Below are positions 55,371 through 64,000 of a stretch of DNA of 64,000 nucleotides, in pieces. The DNA is taken from positions 4,771,892 to 4,835,891 of the forward strand of contig OY970284.1 of assembly GCA_963715895.1 (NCBI GenBank), written 5' to 3'. Every line of letters starts with the position of its first letter. Position 1 is the first letter of the stretch. The notes beneath the pieces are model-generated. The model was not told the origin of the DNA, ran no database searches, and saw only the letters and a list, made by a program, of their open reading frames with translations. The position numbers were made by a program, and so were the translations under genes. Source of the DNA: Thermoanaerobaculia bacterium. GTDB taxonomy: Bacteria; Acidobacteriota; Thermoanaerobaculia; Gp7-AA8.

Positions 55371-56291
55371 GTGTTCCGTTACCGGTTCGTCTGTCTGCTT
55401 TTGTTCCTCTGCTCAACCTCATCCCTGCTCGCGCAGTTGCCGGCCAACACCATTCTCATCAAGGGAGCGGAACCGAGCGCCAGCGATTCGAAAACCCCTC
55501 TGCCCGAAACAGGCAAGCTCGCCGGCAACGTCTACGAAAATCGATACTTCGGCTTTTCCTATCACCTGCCGGCCGACTGGTCAGAACCGTATGACGGTCC
55601 TCCCCCATCGGACAGCGGCAGCTACGTGCTCGCTGAATTCGTGCCGTCGAAGTCGTTCAAGGGCCCGATCAAAGGAACGATGCTCATCACGGCACAGGAT
55701 CTCTTCTTCTCGCTCGTTCCCCAGCGCGGTGCGAAAGAGATGATCAAGTACTCCAGCGATCACCTCCCGTCGTACTACACCCTCGAGCATCCGCCATCCG
55801 AATTGATGCTGGCCGGCCAGCCGTTTGCGCGGTTCGATTACATGTCGCCGGTGGCCGGCCTGCACTGGTACACGCTGGCCACACAGGTCCGTTGTCACGT
55901 CATTCAGTTCGTGCTCAACAGCCGCGATTCCGGTCTGCTCGACGGCCTCGTGCACGACATGGATCAGATGAAGCTGGGCGCGAACGACTCACCCCCGTGC
56001 GTGGCCGGCTACGCGGAGCAGAACGTGATCAGCAAGGTCGATCCCGTAATCAACGACCGTAAATTCAACTCCATCCCCGTCCGCATCATCATCGGATCCG
56101 ACGGCAAGGTGAAGCACGTTCACGTCATCAGCGCCTTTCAGGAGCAGGCCAGGATCATCACCGATGCCCTCCTGCAATGGAGGTTCAAGCCGTATCAGCA
56201 GAACGGGAAGGCCGTCGACGTCGAGACCGGCATCCTGTTCGGCTATTCGCCCCCTCGGCCACAAACGGCGTCGCAGTCGCCGTCACAGTGA
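55371..56291 (+). CDS. Secreted protein with C-terminal TonB_C-like domain
   Basis: Signal peptide (MFRYRFVCLLLFLCSTSSLLAQ); C-terminal about 80 aa (IPVRIIIGSDGKVKHVHVISAFQEQARIITDALLQWRFKPYQQNGKAVDVETGILFGY) resemble the TonB C-terminal fold. Confidence 0.45.
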   Translation: MFRYRFVCLLLFLCSTSSLLAQLPANTILIKGAEPSASDSKTPLPETGKLAGNVYENRYFGFSYHLPADWSEPYDGPPPSDSGSYVLAEFVPSKSFKGPIKGTMLITAQDLFFSLVPQRGAKEMIKYSSDHLPSYYTLEHPPSELMLAGQPFARFDYMSPVAGLHWYTLATQVRCHVIQFVLNSRDSGLLDGLVHDMDQMKLGANDSPPCVAGYAEQNVISKVDPVINDRKFNSIPVRIIIGSDGKVKHVHVISAFQEQARIITDALLQWRFKPYQQNGKAVDVETGILFGYSPPRPQTASQSPSQ

Positions 56292-56299
56292 GACCCCTC

Positions 56300-57121
56300 T
56301 CAGCGATGAGAAACCGCTCGCCGCCGGGTGGCGTCACGACAGACGCCGCCCGGTATCGGTGGCATGGAGGCCACCGGCGGTCTGGTGGCGCAGAAGCGGG
56401 GCGGGAAGGTCGTGTTCACCTGCGCCAGGAAGAACGACGCCGAGTCACTGAGATCGGCCGGCGGCTCGCAACCGATGCCGACGTCGATCGTCCCATCGAG
56501 CCACAACTTATTGAGCCACCATTGCAGCCCGTACGGCGAGAGATTGGCCTGATCGAAGGTGTCGTCGCAGCCATTCGTAGCGCCGCAACACGATGAATGC
56601 GGGAACCCGTCGACGTGCCGCGCCTCGTGCGCGTACACCGCCACGATGACCGATAGATAGATCCACTTCTTCTGCAATTCACGCGTGGCATCATCGTGCG
56701 CGCCGATGTTGATAAACGGCCTGCCATTGATCGTCGTACAACAACTCGGTCCGCCGCCGCTGCTGATGATGTTGACACCACCCACTTTCGACTTCATCCA
56801 GTCATAGAGATCACCCGGCGTCCACGGCAGATGGCCGCTCATTCCCTGATCCATGTAGTACGCCACCCGGAGCGCCTGCAGCAGCATCAACTCGTCCGTG
56901 TAGGCGTTCGACGGCATCTGCGACACCGGCTCGGAGCAGGATGGGAGCGCGGTCGGAGCCCCGTCACGCCGGATCTCGAAGTCACCGCGAATCCGGGCAA
57001 TCGCCGGATCGCTGGTCGGACATTGATCGAGGAACTTGTTGATGTTGCGAATCTCTCCCGATACCGGGGGGATGACGAGAAAGCTGATGCAAATCAGCGA
57101 AACAAGGACGATCGGGCGCAT
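56300..57121 (-). CDS. Secreted Cys-rich protein with HEXXH motif (putative zinc metallopeptidase)
   Basis: Signal peptide; YAHEARHVDGFPH contains HEARH; multiple Cys pairs (SCC, CC) suggest disulfides. Confidence 0.45.
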   Translation of the reverse strand: MRPIVLVSLICISFLVIPPVSGEIRNINKFLDQCPTSDPAIARIRGDFEIRRDGAPTALPSCSEPVSQMPSNAYTDELMLLQALRVAYYMDQGMSGHLPWTPGDLYDWMKSKVGGVNIISSGGGPSCCTTINGRPFINIGAHDDATRELQKKWIYLSVIVAVYAHEARHVDGFPHSSCCGATNGCDDTFDQANLSPYGLQWWLNKLWLDGTIDVGIGCEPPADLSDSASFFLAQVNTTFPPRFCATRPPVASMPPIPGGVCRDATRRRAVSHR

Positions 57122-57327
57122 GTAGGTCGAAGGTTGAGTATAGGCTCAATCAAAGCCATGGCCGTTCCGCCACGCCCTCAGCTCGTGATGAGCTGGTAGC
57201 CCTCAGAAATCCGGCCGATTCCGACCAATAACTGTCGGACCGAGCAAGAGTCGATATTAGAGAGTTCTAAGTATCTACCCATCAGCGGTTTAGCGTTAGC
57301 AAAAAAACGAAGGCCTGACACTCGCCA

Positions 57328-57436
57328 GATCTGAACGTCAGACGTCAGGCTCCTGAACCTGAACGTCACGGCCGCGAACCTGAACGTCAGGCTCCTGAGC
57401 CTGAACTTCACGTCAATGAACCTGAACGTCATGTCG
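57328..57436. promoter_or_regulatory. Array of about 5 direct repeats (CTGAACGTCA core, about 22-25-bp spacing) upstream of the M50 protease gene
   Basis: CTGAACGTCA at 57331, 57356, 57380, 57422 and the variant CTGAACTTCA at 57401, each embedded in (GAAC)CTGAACGTCAGGCTCCTGA-like units. Confidence 0.5.
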
Positions 57437-57472
57437 GTCGATCTGGGGCACCCACGTATACTCCCCCACCTC

Positions 57473-58141
57473 ATGGGCCGCATCCACCTCGGGACGATCT
57501 TCGGCACAACGATCACCCTCGACTTCAGCTTCCTCATCCTCATCGTCTTTTTCGTCATGATGAACGCTCAGTCGTCCGGGATGCCGTACGCCCTGATCTG
57601 GGCACCGGTACTGTTGATCAGCGTTCTCTTTCATGAGCTGGCGCATGCGTCCATGATCGGCAGCCTCGGGTTCGGATCGAGCGCGATCATCCTTCAGGGC
57701 ATGGGAGGCGCCACCTACAACGATCGGCGCGCCCGTCCGTGGCAGGACCTTCTCATCAGCGCCGCCGGACCGCTGTCGAACTTCCTGCTGGCATGGATCG
57801 TTACGCTGATCGCCGTCAATGTTCCGGCCGCGTCGCACGACCCATTCTTTCGCGCCCTTCTGCCGCTCCTTGCGTACGCGAACTGGTTCTGGGGCGTTCT
57901 GAATCTCCTGCCACTCGGCCCTCTCGACGGCAACAGCATCCTTCGGAACTTCTTCAGGCTGTTCCTGAAAGAGCGGCCGGCGTTCATCATCTCCATCTGG
58001 ATTTCGTTGGTGGTCGGCCTCGGCATCTTTGTCTTTTGCCTCGTCACACGGCAGATCTTCATCGCCATTCTCGTTGCCTGGTACGTCTGGACGAGCTGGA
58101 CGCAGTGGCAATTCTTCCGCTCCCACAACCGCACCGACTGA
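57473..58141 (+). CDS. M50-family (site-2 protease-like) membrane metallopeptidase
   Basis: HELAH zinc motif (FHELAHASMIGSLG) and NLLPLGPLDG motif in a multi-TM protein; start chosen at ATG 57473 because the 57416 start lies inside the repeat array. Confidence 0.75.
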   Translation: MGRIHLGTIFGTTITLDFSFLILIVFFVMMNAQSSGMPYALIWAPVLLISVLFHELAHASMIGSLGFGSSAIILQGMGGATYNDRRARPWQDLLISAAGPLSNFLLAWIVTLIAVNVPAASHDPFFRALLPLLAYANWFWGVLNLLPLGPLDGNSILRNFFRLFLKERPAFIISIWISLVVGLGIFVFCLVTRQIFIAILVAWYVWTSWTQWQFFRSHNRTD

Positions 58142-58183
58142 CGACAGGACGGAAACTCACCTAAAATAGCCCCCGAAGCCTTC

Positions 58184-61100
58184 ATGGAAGTTCAACCTCC
58201 CCCGCATCTCGCCAACGCTCGAAGCGCGCTCGCGCGCTGGCTTCGAGGCGGCCGGACACGCGCGTCGCACGAGTCGCTCCGTACCACCGTGGCTATTCTG
58301 CGTGCCCAGCAGGAAGCGACACTCGACGGAATCCTCGTCGTCGACGACCGCGGCTCGGTCCTCTCCTACAACCGCCGTTTCCTGGAGATGTGGGGCATCC
58401 CGGAGGAGACAGCCAGAGCCGCCGACGACAACGAGCTCCTCGGCTTTGCCTCGGAGAAAGTGGTCGACTGGGACGAATTCATCGAGCTCGTCAATCACCT
58501 CTACACGCATCCCGACATCGTCCGAAGCAACGATACGGTCGTGATGAAAGACGGCCGCGTGCTCTCGCGCGCCTCCGTACCGATCGTCTCGGGCAAGAAG
58601 ATCCGAGGGCGCGCCTGGTACTTCCGCGACGTCACCGACAGCGTTCGCAACGAGACCATGCAGTCGGCGCTCTTCCGCATCGCCACGCTCAGCCGCGACG
58701 CCCGCAACCTCGACGAGTTCTACGGCGCCGTGCATGGCATCGTCAACGGGTTGATGGAAGCGACGTACTTCTACATCGCCGAGTACGACGCCGCGCACGA
58801 CATCCTCACCTTCCCCTACTTCGTCGACAAATATGACCCGGCTCCCATCGGACGGTCGCCCGGCCGCGGGCTGACCGCGTACGTCCTGCGCACCGGCAAG
58901 CCGCTGCTGGCCACACCCGAGGAATTCGACGATCTGAAAAAGAGCGGCGAGGTCGAATCGATCGGCGCGCCCTCCGTCGACTGGCTCGGCGTGCCCCTAT
59001 CGACCGGCGACCGCACCTGGGGCGTCATCGGCGTACAGACGTATGACGAAGGCGAGCGCTACACGGAGCGCGACCGTGACCTCCTCGTCTTCGTAGCCCA
59101 GCACGTGGCCTCGGCCATCGAACAGAAGCGCCAGGAAGACGCTCTGCGCGAGAGCGAACGCCGTTACCGGCAGATGTTCGAGAACAACCGCGCCGTCCAG
59201 CTCCTCATCGACCCGGGCAGCGGCCGCATCGTCGACGCCAATGTCGCCGCCGCCGAGTTCTACGGATGGGACATCGACACCCTGCGCACGATGCACGTCT
59301 GGCAGATCAATACGCTCGACGAGGCAGCCGTCCGCTCCGAGATGACCAACGTGGCCAGCCAGGAGCGCAGCTACTTCGTCTTCCGGCATCGGCTCGCCAA
59401 CGGCGAGTTCCGCGACGTCGAGGTGCATTCCGGCCCGATCATCGCCAGCGGACGCACGCTCCTCTATTCGATCATCCACGACATCACCGAGCGAAAGCAC
59501 GCCGAGGAGGCGCTGCTTCTATCGGAACAGAAGTACCGCAACATCGTCGACTACGCCTCGGTCGGCATCTACCGTTCCAAGCCGGACGGCACGATCCTGA
59601 TGGCCAATCCGACCCTGGCCCGCATTCTCGGCTACGAATCGATCGAAGAGCTGCAGCGGCGCAACCTCGCCACCGACGTCTACGTCACCGAGGGCGAGCG
59701 CACCGATGCGCTGGAACGCTTTGCCGCCAACGGCTACGCCATCGAGGAAGAGTTGTTATGGCGCAGGAAGGACGGCACCCCGATCTGGGTCCAGCTCAAT
59801 GCCCACGCCATCGATCTTCACGCCGGTGCCGAGGTCTTCGAAGGCTTCGTCTTCGACATCACCGAGCGGAAGCTGGCCGACCAGCAGGTCGCGGCGGCGA
59901 ATGCGCAACGAAAAGCGGTGCTGGACGCCGCCACGCGCGTCTCCATCATCGCCACCGATCCCCTCGGCGTCATCACGGTCTTCAACGCCGGCGCGGAGAA
60001 GATGCTCGGCTATGCCGCATCCGACGTCATCGGCATCCGCAACGTCACCGAGCTGCACCTCGACACCGAGCTCGTGCAACATGCGCGGCGCTTGGCCTTC
60101 GAGCTCAGCGAGAGGCTGAACGGCTTCGACGTCCTCGTCCGGCGCGCCGCGAGCGAGGGACTCGAAGAGCGCGAGTGGACCTATATCCGCAACGACGGCG
60201 AGCCGGTCATCGTCCTCCTCTCCATCACCGCGTTGCGCGACGAGCTCGGCAATCTCACCGGATACCTCCACGTCGGCACCGACGTCACCGAGCGCAAACA
60301 CGCCGAGGAAACGCTGCGCCAGCAGACCGCGGCCATGACCGCGTCGATGGACGGCATCGGCATCCTCGACGGACGGCTCGACTTCTCCTACGTCAACGAC
60401 GCGCTGGCGAAGCTGTTCGGCTATCCGACCGCGGAGGAGCTGGTCGGCCGTTCGATCTGCGATCTCTACGAACCGCCCGAACAGGTCCGCTTCATCACCT
60501 CGGTCGTCCCTCTCGTGCAGCAGCGCGGTCGGTGGCGCGGCGAGGCCACTGGCCTGCGCAACGACGGCTCGCTCTTCCCGCAGGAGATCTCGCTCACCGC
60601 CATCGAAGGAGGCGGGATGGTCTGCGTCGTCCGCGACATCACCGAGCGGACCTACGCCGAGGAGCAGATCAAGCACCTCGCCTACCACGACGCCCTGACG
60701 ACGCTGCCGAACCGGCTGCTGTTCAAAGACCGCGTCAGCGTGGCCATCTCTCACGCGCAGCGCCATGAGGCGCGCGTGGCCGTGCTCTTCCTCGACCTCG
60801 ATCGCTTCAAGGTCATCAACGACTCCCTCGGCCACAACATCGGCGACCAGTTGCTGCAGGCCGTGGCGGCCCGTGTTCAGTCCTGCGTGCGCGACAGCGA
60901 CACGGTGGCCCGCCTCGGCGGCGACGAATTCACCCTTCTCCTGCCCGAGCTCAGTCACCCCGAGGACGCCGCACTCGTCGCGCAGAAGATCCTCGAAGCC
61001 GTCCGCTATCCGTTCCATATCGAAGGGCGCGAGTTCTACATCACCACTTCGATCGGCATCAGCATCTTCCCGGAGGACGGCATCGATGCCGAGACGCTCA

Positions 61101-61984
61101 TCAAGAGCGCCGACACCGCCATGTACCAGGCCAAGGAGCAGGGCCGCGACAACTACCAGCTCTTCAACGCCGTCGTCAATGCCAAGGCCCTGCAGAGGAT
61201 CGCCCTCGAGCACGGCCTTCGCCGCGCGCTCACCCATCACGAGCTGGCCGTGCATTACCAGCCCATCTTCGACTTCCGCACCGGCCGTATCACCGGCATG
61301 GAGGCGCTGATGCGCTGGACGCACCCGGAGATGGGCCCGATCCCGCCGGCGACGTTCATCCCGCTGGCCGAAGCGATCGGCGTGATGATCCCGATCGGCA
61401 CATGGGCTCTGCGTACGGCCTGCGCCCAAGCGAAGGAATGGCACGACGCCGGATTCAACACCCTATCGCTCGCTGTCAACCTCTCGGTCTGCCAGCTCCA
61501 GCAGCCCGACCTGGTCACCCTCGTCCGTGAGATCCTCGCCGAGACCGGCCTTCAGGCGCGCCTGCTGGAGCTGGAGATCACCGAATCGACGGCCATGCAG
61601 AGTCCGGAGGCCAGCATCCGCACGCTCTACGACCTCAAGAAACTCGGCATCCGCATTTCGCTGGACGACTTCGGCACGGGCCACTCCTCGCTGGCCTACC
61701 TGAAGCGCTTCCCCATCGACACGCTCAAGATCGACCAATCCTTCGTCCGCGACATCACCCGGGACCCCGACACCGCCGCCATCGTCACCGCCATCATCGC
61801 CATGGGCCACAGCCTGCGGCTGAAGGTGATCGCCGAGGGCGTCGAGTTCACCGACCAGGCCACGTTCCTTAAACGCCACAGTTGCGACCAGATGCAGGGC
61901 TACCTGATCAACGCCCCCATGCCCGCGGCCGAGCTCGGCGCGATCCTGGCGGCGGGAGAGGTGCGGGTGTTGGACGGGGCGTAG
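58184..61984 (+). CDS. Multi-PAS/GAF sensor diguanylate cyclase / phosphodiesterase (GGDEF-EAL)
   Basis: 1266 aa; several PAS/GAF modules. GGDEF domain (...RLGGDEFTLLL...); EAL domain (QPIFD..., ELEITES, DDFGTGHSSLAYLKRFPIDTLKIDQSFV). Confidence 0.9.
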   Translation: MEVQPPPHLANARSALARWLRGGRTRASHESLRTTVAILRAQQEATLDGILVVDDRGSVLSYNRRFLEMWGIPEETARAADDNELLGFASEKVVDWDEFIELVNHLYTHPDIVRSNDTVVMKDGRVLSRASVPIVSGKKIRGRAWYFRDVTDSVRNETMQSALFRIATLSRDARNLDEFYGAVHGIVNGLMEATYFYIAEYDAAHDILTFPYFVDKYDPAPIGRSPGRGLTAYVLRTGKPLLATPEEFDDLKKSGEVESIGAPSVDWLGVPLSTGDRTWGVIGVQTYDEGERYTERDRDLLVFVAQHVASAIEQKRQEDALRESERRYRQMFENNRAVQLLIDPGSGRIVDANVAAAEFYGWDIDTLRTMHVWQINTLDEAAVRSEMTNVASQERSYFVFRHRLANGEFRDVEVHSGPIIASGRTLLYSIIHDITERKHAEEALLLSEQKYRNIVDYASVGIYRSKPDGTILMANPTLARILGYESIEELQRRNLATDVYVTEGERTDALERFAANGYAIEEELLWRRKDGTPIWVQLNAHAIDLHAGAEVFEGFVFDITERKLADQQVAAANAQRKAVLDAATRVSIIATDPLGVITVFNAGAEKMLGYAASDVIGIRNVTELHLDTELVQHARRLAFELSERLNGFDVLVRRAASEGLEEREWTYIRNDGEPVIVLLSITALRDELGNLTGYLHVGTDVTERKHAEETLRQQTAAMTASMDGIGILDGRLDFSYVNDALAKLFGYPTAEELVGRSICDLYEPPEQVRFITSVVPLVQQRGRWRGEATGLRNDGSLFPQEISLTAIEGGGMVCVVRDITERTYAEEQIKHLAYHDALTTLPNRLLFKDRVSVAISHAQRHEARVAVLFLDLDRFKVINDSLGHNIGDQLLQAVAARVQSCVRDSDTVARLGGDEFTLLLPELSHPEDAALVAQKILEAVRYPFHIEGREFYITTSIGISIFPEDGIDAETLIKSADTAMYQAKEQGRDNYQLFNAVVNAKALQRIALEHGLRRALTHHELAVHYQPIFDFRTGRITGMEALMRWTHPEMGPIPPATFIPLAEAIGVMIPIGTWALRTACAQAKEWHDAGFNTLSLAVNLSVCQLQQPDLVTLVREILAETGLQARLLELEITESTAMQSPEASIRTLYDLKKLGIRISLDDFGTGHSSLAYLKRFPIDTLKIDQSFVRDITRDPDTAAIVTAIIAMGHSLRLKVIAEGVEFTDQATFLKRHSCDQMQGYLINAPMPAAELGAILAAGEVRVLDGA

Positions 61985-62106
61985 TCAATCCAGCACTTAT
62001 CATGGCATTTGGATACCGCGGGAGGTCAGAGTTGCCCGTGGACAGCGGCTCGCGCCCGCCATATGCTCGCCTTCCCGACAATCGAAACAGTGGAAAAAGG
62101 AAGGTT

Positions 62107-62586
62107 ATGAATCCTGTCCGGCGTCTTCTCCCACTCATCGCCTGTCTCATTGCCACCGCTGTTCTCGCCGCAACGACCAGCAACCTGCCCAAAACGAACA
62201 CACGCGATGCCATCAAGGCGTACGTAGAGAACGCAGCGAAGATCGTCAAGAAGAGCGGACCATCCTGCGCCACGTTCTCATCGCCGGAATGGCGGGGAGG
62301 TGACTATTACATCTTCGTCCTCGGGCCAGACGGCGCGCTCATCTGCCATCCCACGGCCAGCATGATCGGCAAGCCGGCCGCGACCATCGTGAACGCCAAA
62401 GGAGACAAAGTCGGGGAGTTGATCGCCGCGAAGGGGAAGGGAACGGGCACAGGCTGGCTTGAGTACCACTGGCCACAGCCGGGCAAGACCACCGAACAAC
62501 CGAAGAGCACCTACGTCATGGGCTTGACCGGTCCTGACGGGAAGCACTACGTCGTCGGCAGCGGCGGCTGGAACGTGAAGAAATAG
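62107..62586 (+). CDS. Secreted cache-like (sCache_2-type) small sensor-domain protein
   Basis: ATG at 62107 after AAAAAGGAAGG; signal peptide; GDYYIFVLGPDGALICHP...GWLEYHWPQPG pattern typical of single-cache domains. Confidence 0.55.
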   Translation: MNPVRRLLPLIACLIATAVLAATTSNLPKTNTRDAIKAYVENAAKIVKKSGPSCATFSSPEWRGGDYYIFVLGPDGALICHPTASMIGKPAATIVNAKGDKVGELIAAKGKGTGTGWLEYHWPQPGKTTEQPKSTYVMGLTGPDGKHYVVGSGGWNVKK

Positions 62587-62600
62587 CGTCCGGGAATGTG

Positions 62601-63914
62601 TTAGTGGAGCAACTCCAGCACCCCCAACGTCATCGCCTTGATCCCCCCGCGTAGCGTCGGGTCGGGGAGCGGCTGGAAGCCTGACGAATGCAGCGACGGC
62701 AGGCGCTGGCCGCTGGCGATTTTGGCGGGGTCGACGGCGCCGAGGTTGATCATGGAGATGGGGATCTTGCGGTCGAGGCCGAAGCGGCCGAAGTCTTCGC
62801 TGACCATCAGAGGGTCGATGCGGATGACGTTCGCGGCTCCCATGCCTTTGGTCAGCGCGGCGGCCAGGCGCTCGGTGAGCGCGGGATCGTTGTAGGTCGA
62901 CTCGACCGATTCGCCGGCGAGAAGTTCGAAGATCGGGGCGCGATCGTCGGGGACGCCGGCGGTCATGGCGATGCCGCGGGCGATCCGTTCGATCGATGCC
63001 AGCACTCGCTTGCGCACCTCGGGTTTATACGTGCGCACGGTCATCTGGAGCTGGACTTCGTCGGGGATGATGTTTCGCTTCGTCCCGCCGTGGATCGAGC
63101 CGACGGTGACGACGACCGGATCGAGCGGCGAGTCTTCGCGGCTGACGATCGTCTGCAACGCATTGATGAACTGTGCCGCCATCACCACCGGATCCTTCGT
63201 CGACTGCGGCGCCGCGCCGTGGCCTCCCATGCCGCGGATGGTCACGTTGACCGAGTCGGCGCTGGCCATGAAGTAGCCGGGCGTATAGCCGATCTGGCCG
63301 GCGGGCATGCTGGCGTTGTCGTGAAGGGCGATGATGAAGTCGGGTTTGGGAAAACGTTCATAGAAGTGGTCGCGGAGCATCCCCTCGGCGCCCTTGACCA
63401 CCTCCTCCGCCGGCTGGCCGATGAGCATCACCGTGCCGTGCCACTGCGACTTGAGCTGCGCAAGCATCTTGGCCGTGCCGAGGAGCGTGGTCATGTGGAT
63501 GTCGTGTCCGCAGGCGTGCATCACCGGCACGTCATCGCCCGAGGGGCTCTTCGCCCGGACGCTGCTGGCGTAAGGCAGGCCGGTCTGCTCCAGCACCGGC
63601 AGCGCGTCCATGTCGCTGCGCACCAGAACGGTCGGACCGGCGCCGTTCTTCATGATGGCGACCACGCCGTAGCACGTCGTCCCCGGCTCGGTGTATTGGC
63701 CGACGGGATAGGTGACCTCGTAGCCGAGCTCGCGCAGGCGCGACGCCACCAGCGCCGAGCTGTTCTTCTCCTGCATCGACAGCTCCGGCGCGGCGTGGAG
63801 CTGCTTGTAGGTCGCGACCAGCGAGGGGATCTCGCGGTCGATCATCTGATCGAGAGAAGACTGTGCGAAGGCTGACGATGCGATGAGAAGAGTGAGGATG
63901 GCGATTCGCTTCAT
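62601..63914 (-). CDS. M20D-family amidohydrolase (hippurate-hydrolase/aminoacylase-like), secreted
   Basis: ATG at 63914; signal peptide (MKRIAILTLLIASSAFAQS); metal-binding blocks HACGHDIHMT, GQPAEE, dimerisation domain. Confidence 0.85.
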   Translation of the reverse strand: MKRIAILTLLIASSAFAQSSLDQMIDREIPSLVATYKQLHAAPELSMQEKNSSALVASRLRELGYEVTYPVGQYTEPGTTCYGVVAIMKNGAGPTVLVRSDMDALPVLEQTGLPYASSVRAKSPSGDDVPVMHACGHDIHMTTLLGTAKMLAQLKSQWHGTVMLIGQPAEEVVKGAEGMLRDHFYERFPKPDFIIALHDNASMPAGQIGYTPGYFMASADSVNVTIRGMGGHGAAPQSTKDPVVMAAQFINALQTIVSREDSPLDPVVVTVGSIHGGTKRNIIPDEVQLQMTVRTYKPEVRKRVLASIERIARGIAMTAGVPDDRAPIFELLAGESVESTYNDPALTERLAAALTKGMGAANVIRIDPLMVSEDFGRFGLDRKIPISMINLGAVDPAKIASGQRLPSLHSSGFQPLPDPTLRGGIKAMTLGVLELLH

Positions 63915-64000
63915 GGGGTGATTATGCGGCTTCGCCGCGTTGTCCACGCTCCGCGCATCGTCTGCGATGACCTTCGCGGCGCCGCGATCGATCACTCTGT

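Noticed and set aside
57178-57558. Minus-strand 126-aa ORF across the direct-repeat array (LTFRFAAVTFRFRSLTSDV...)
   Set aside because: The repetitive peptide is a by-product of translating the CTGAACGTCA repeats; no support as a gene.
1-64000. tRNA, rRNA, IS/transposase, integrase, phage genes
   Set aside because: No cloverleaf-like conserved tRNA segments (GTTCGAATC-type T-loops) noticed; no transposase/integrase/capsid-like ORFs in any frame. A tRNAscan/Infernal run would be the definitive check.

Overview
This is a high-GC (roughly 65-67% by eye) bacterial chromosomal segment. I found no rRNA, tRNA, CRISPR array, transposase or integrase. The gene content looks Acidobacteriota-like: many ECF sigma factors, DUF4142, DUF1684, and multihaem cytochromes. 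That phylum assignment is an inference, not a computed result.

Housekeeping anchors:
- amidase (5'-truncated by the window edge), cysS, ruvA, purH
- a fadB/fadJ-like plus fadD-like beta-oxidation pair with an ABC-2 exporter
- MFS, YeiH and DoxX membrane proteins
- two M20 peptidases, an M50 site-2-type protease, a sterol-desaturase-family enzyme, and a large PAS/GAF-GGDEF-EAL protein

Accessory content:
- four type II toxin-antitoxin modules (two MazEF, one HigBA, one VapBC)
- two ECF sigma / anti-sigma pairs
- a LuxR-type regulator

The most unusual region is 36.4-51.4 kb. It encodes:
- an FAD-oxidoreductase / two cNMP-binding / 4Fe-4S fusion protein
- a putative di-haem-b membrane protein bracketed by large palindromes
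- a co-directional operon that starts with a decahaem c-type cytochrome anchored by two TM helices and flanked on both cytoplasmic ends by FHA (phospho-threonine-binding) domains
- then a tandem GlcG/HbpS haem-binding protein
- an outer-membrane beta-barrel that is frameshifted at a short T-run just before its C-terminal barrel segment, with a composite repeat element abutting its start codon
- a roughly 10-haem cytochrome fused to an LVIVD beta-propeller
- a 5-haem cytochrome that includes one CX4CH site

Together this looks like a porin-cytochrome-type trans-envelope electron conduit under Ser/Thr-phospho (FHA) and possibly cNMP control. I have not seen that arrangement described.

The window is also rich in non-coding structure:
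- a dispersed family of GGTTGC/GCAACC inverted-repeat elements that fill convergent intergenic gaps, with a half-copy embedded in frame in a cytochrome gene
- a 21-bp x ~11 minisatellite
- several very long perfect hairpins
- a composite tandem/inverted repeat element
- an iteron-like array of direct repeats upstream of the M50 protease
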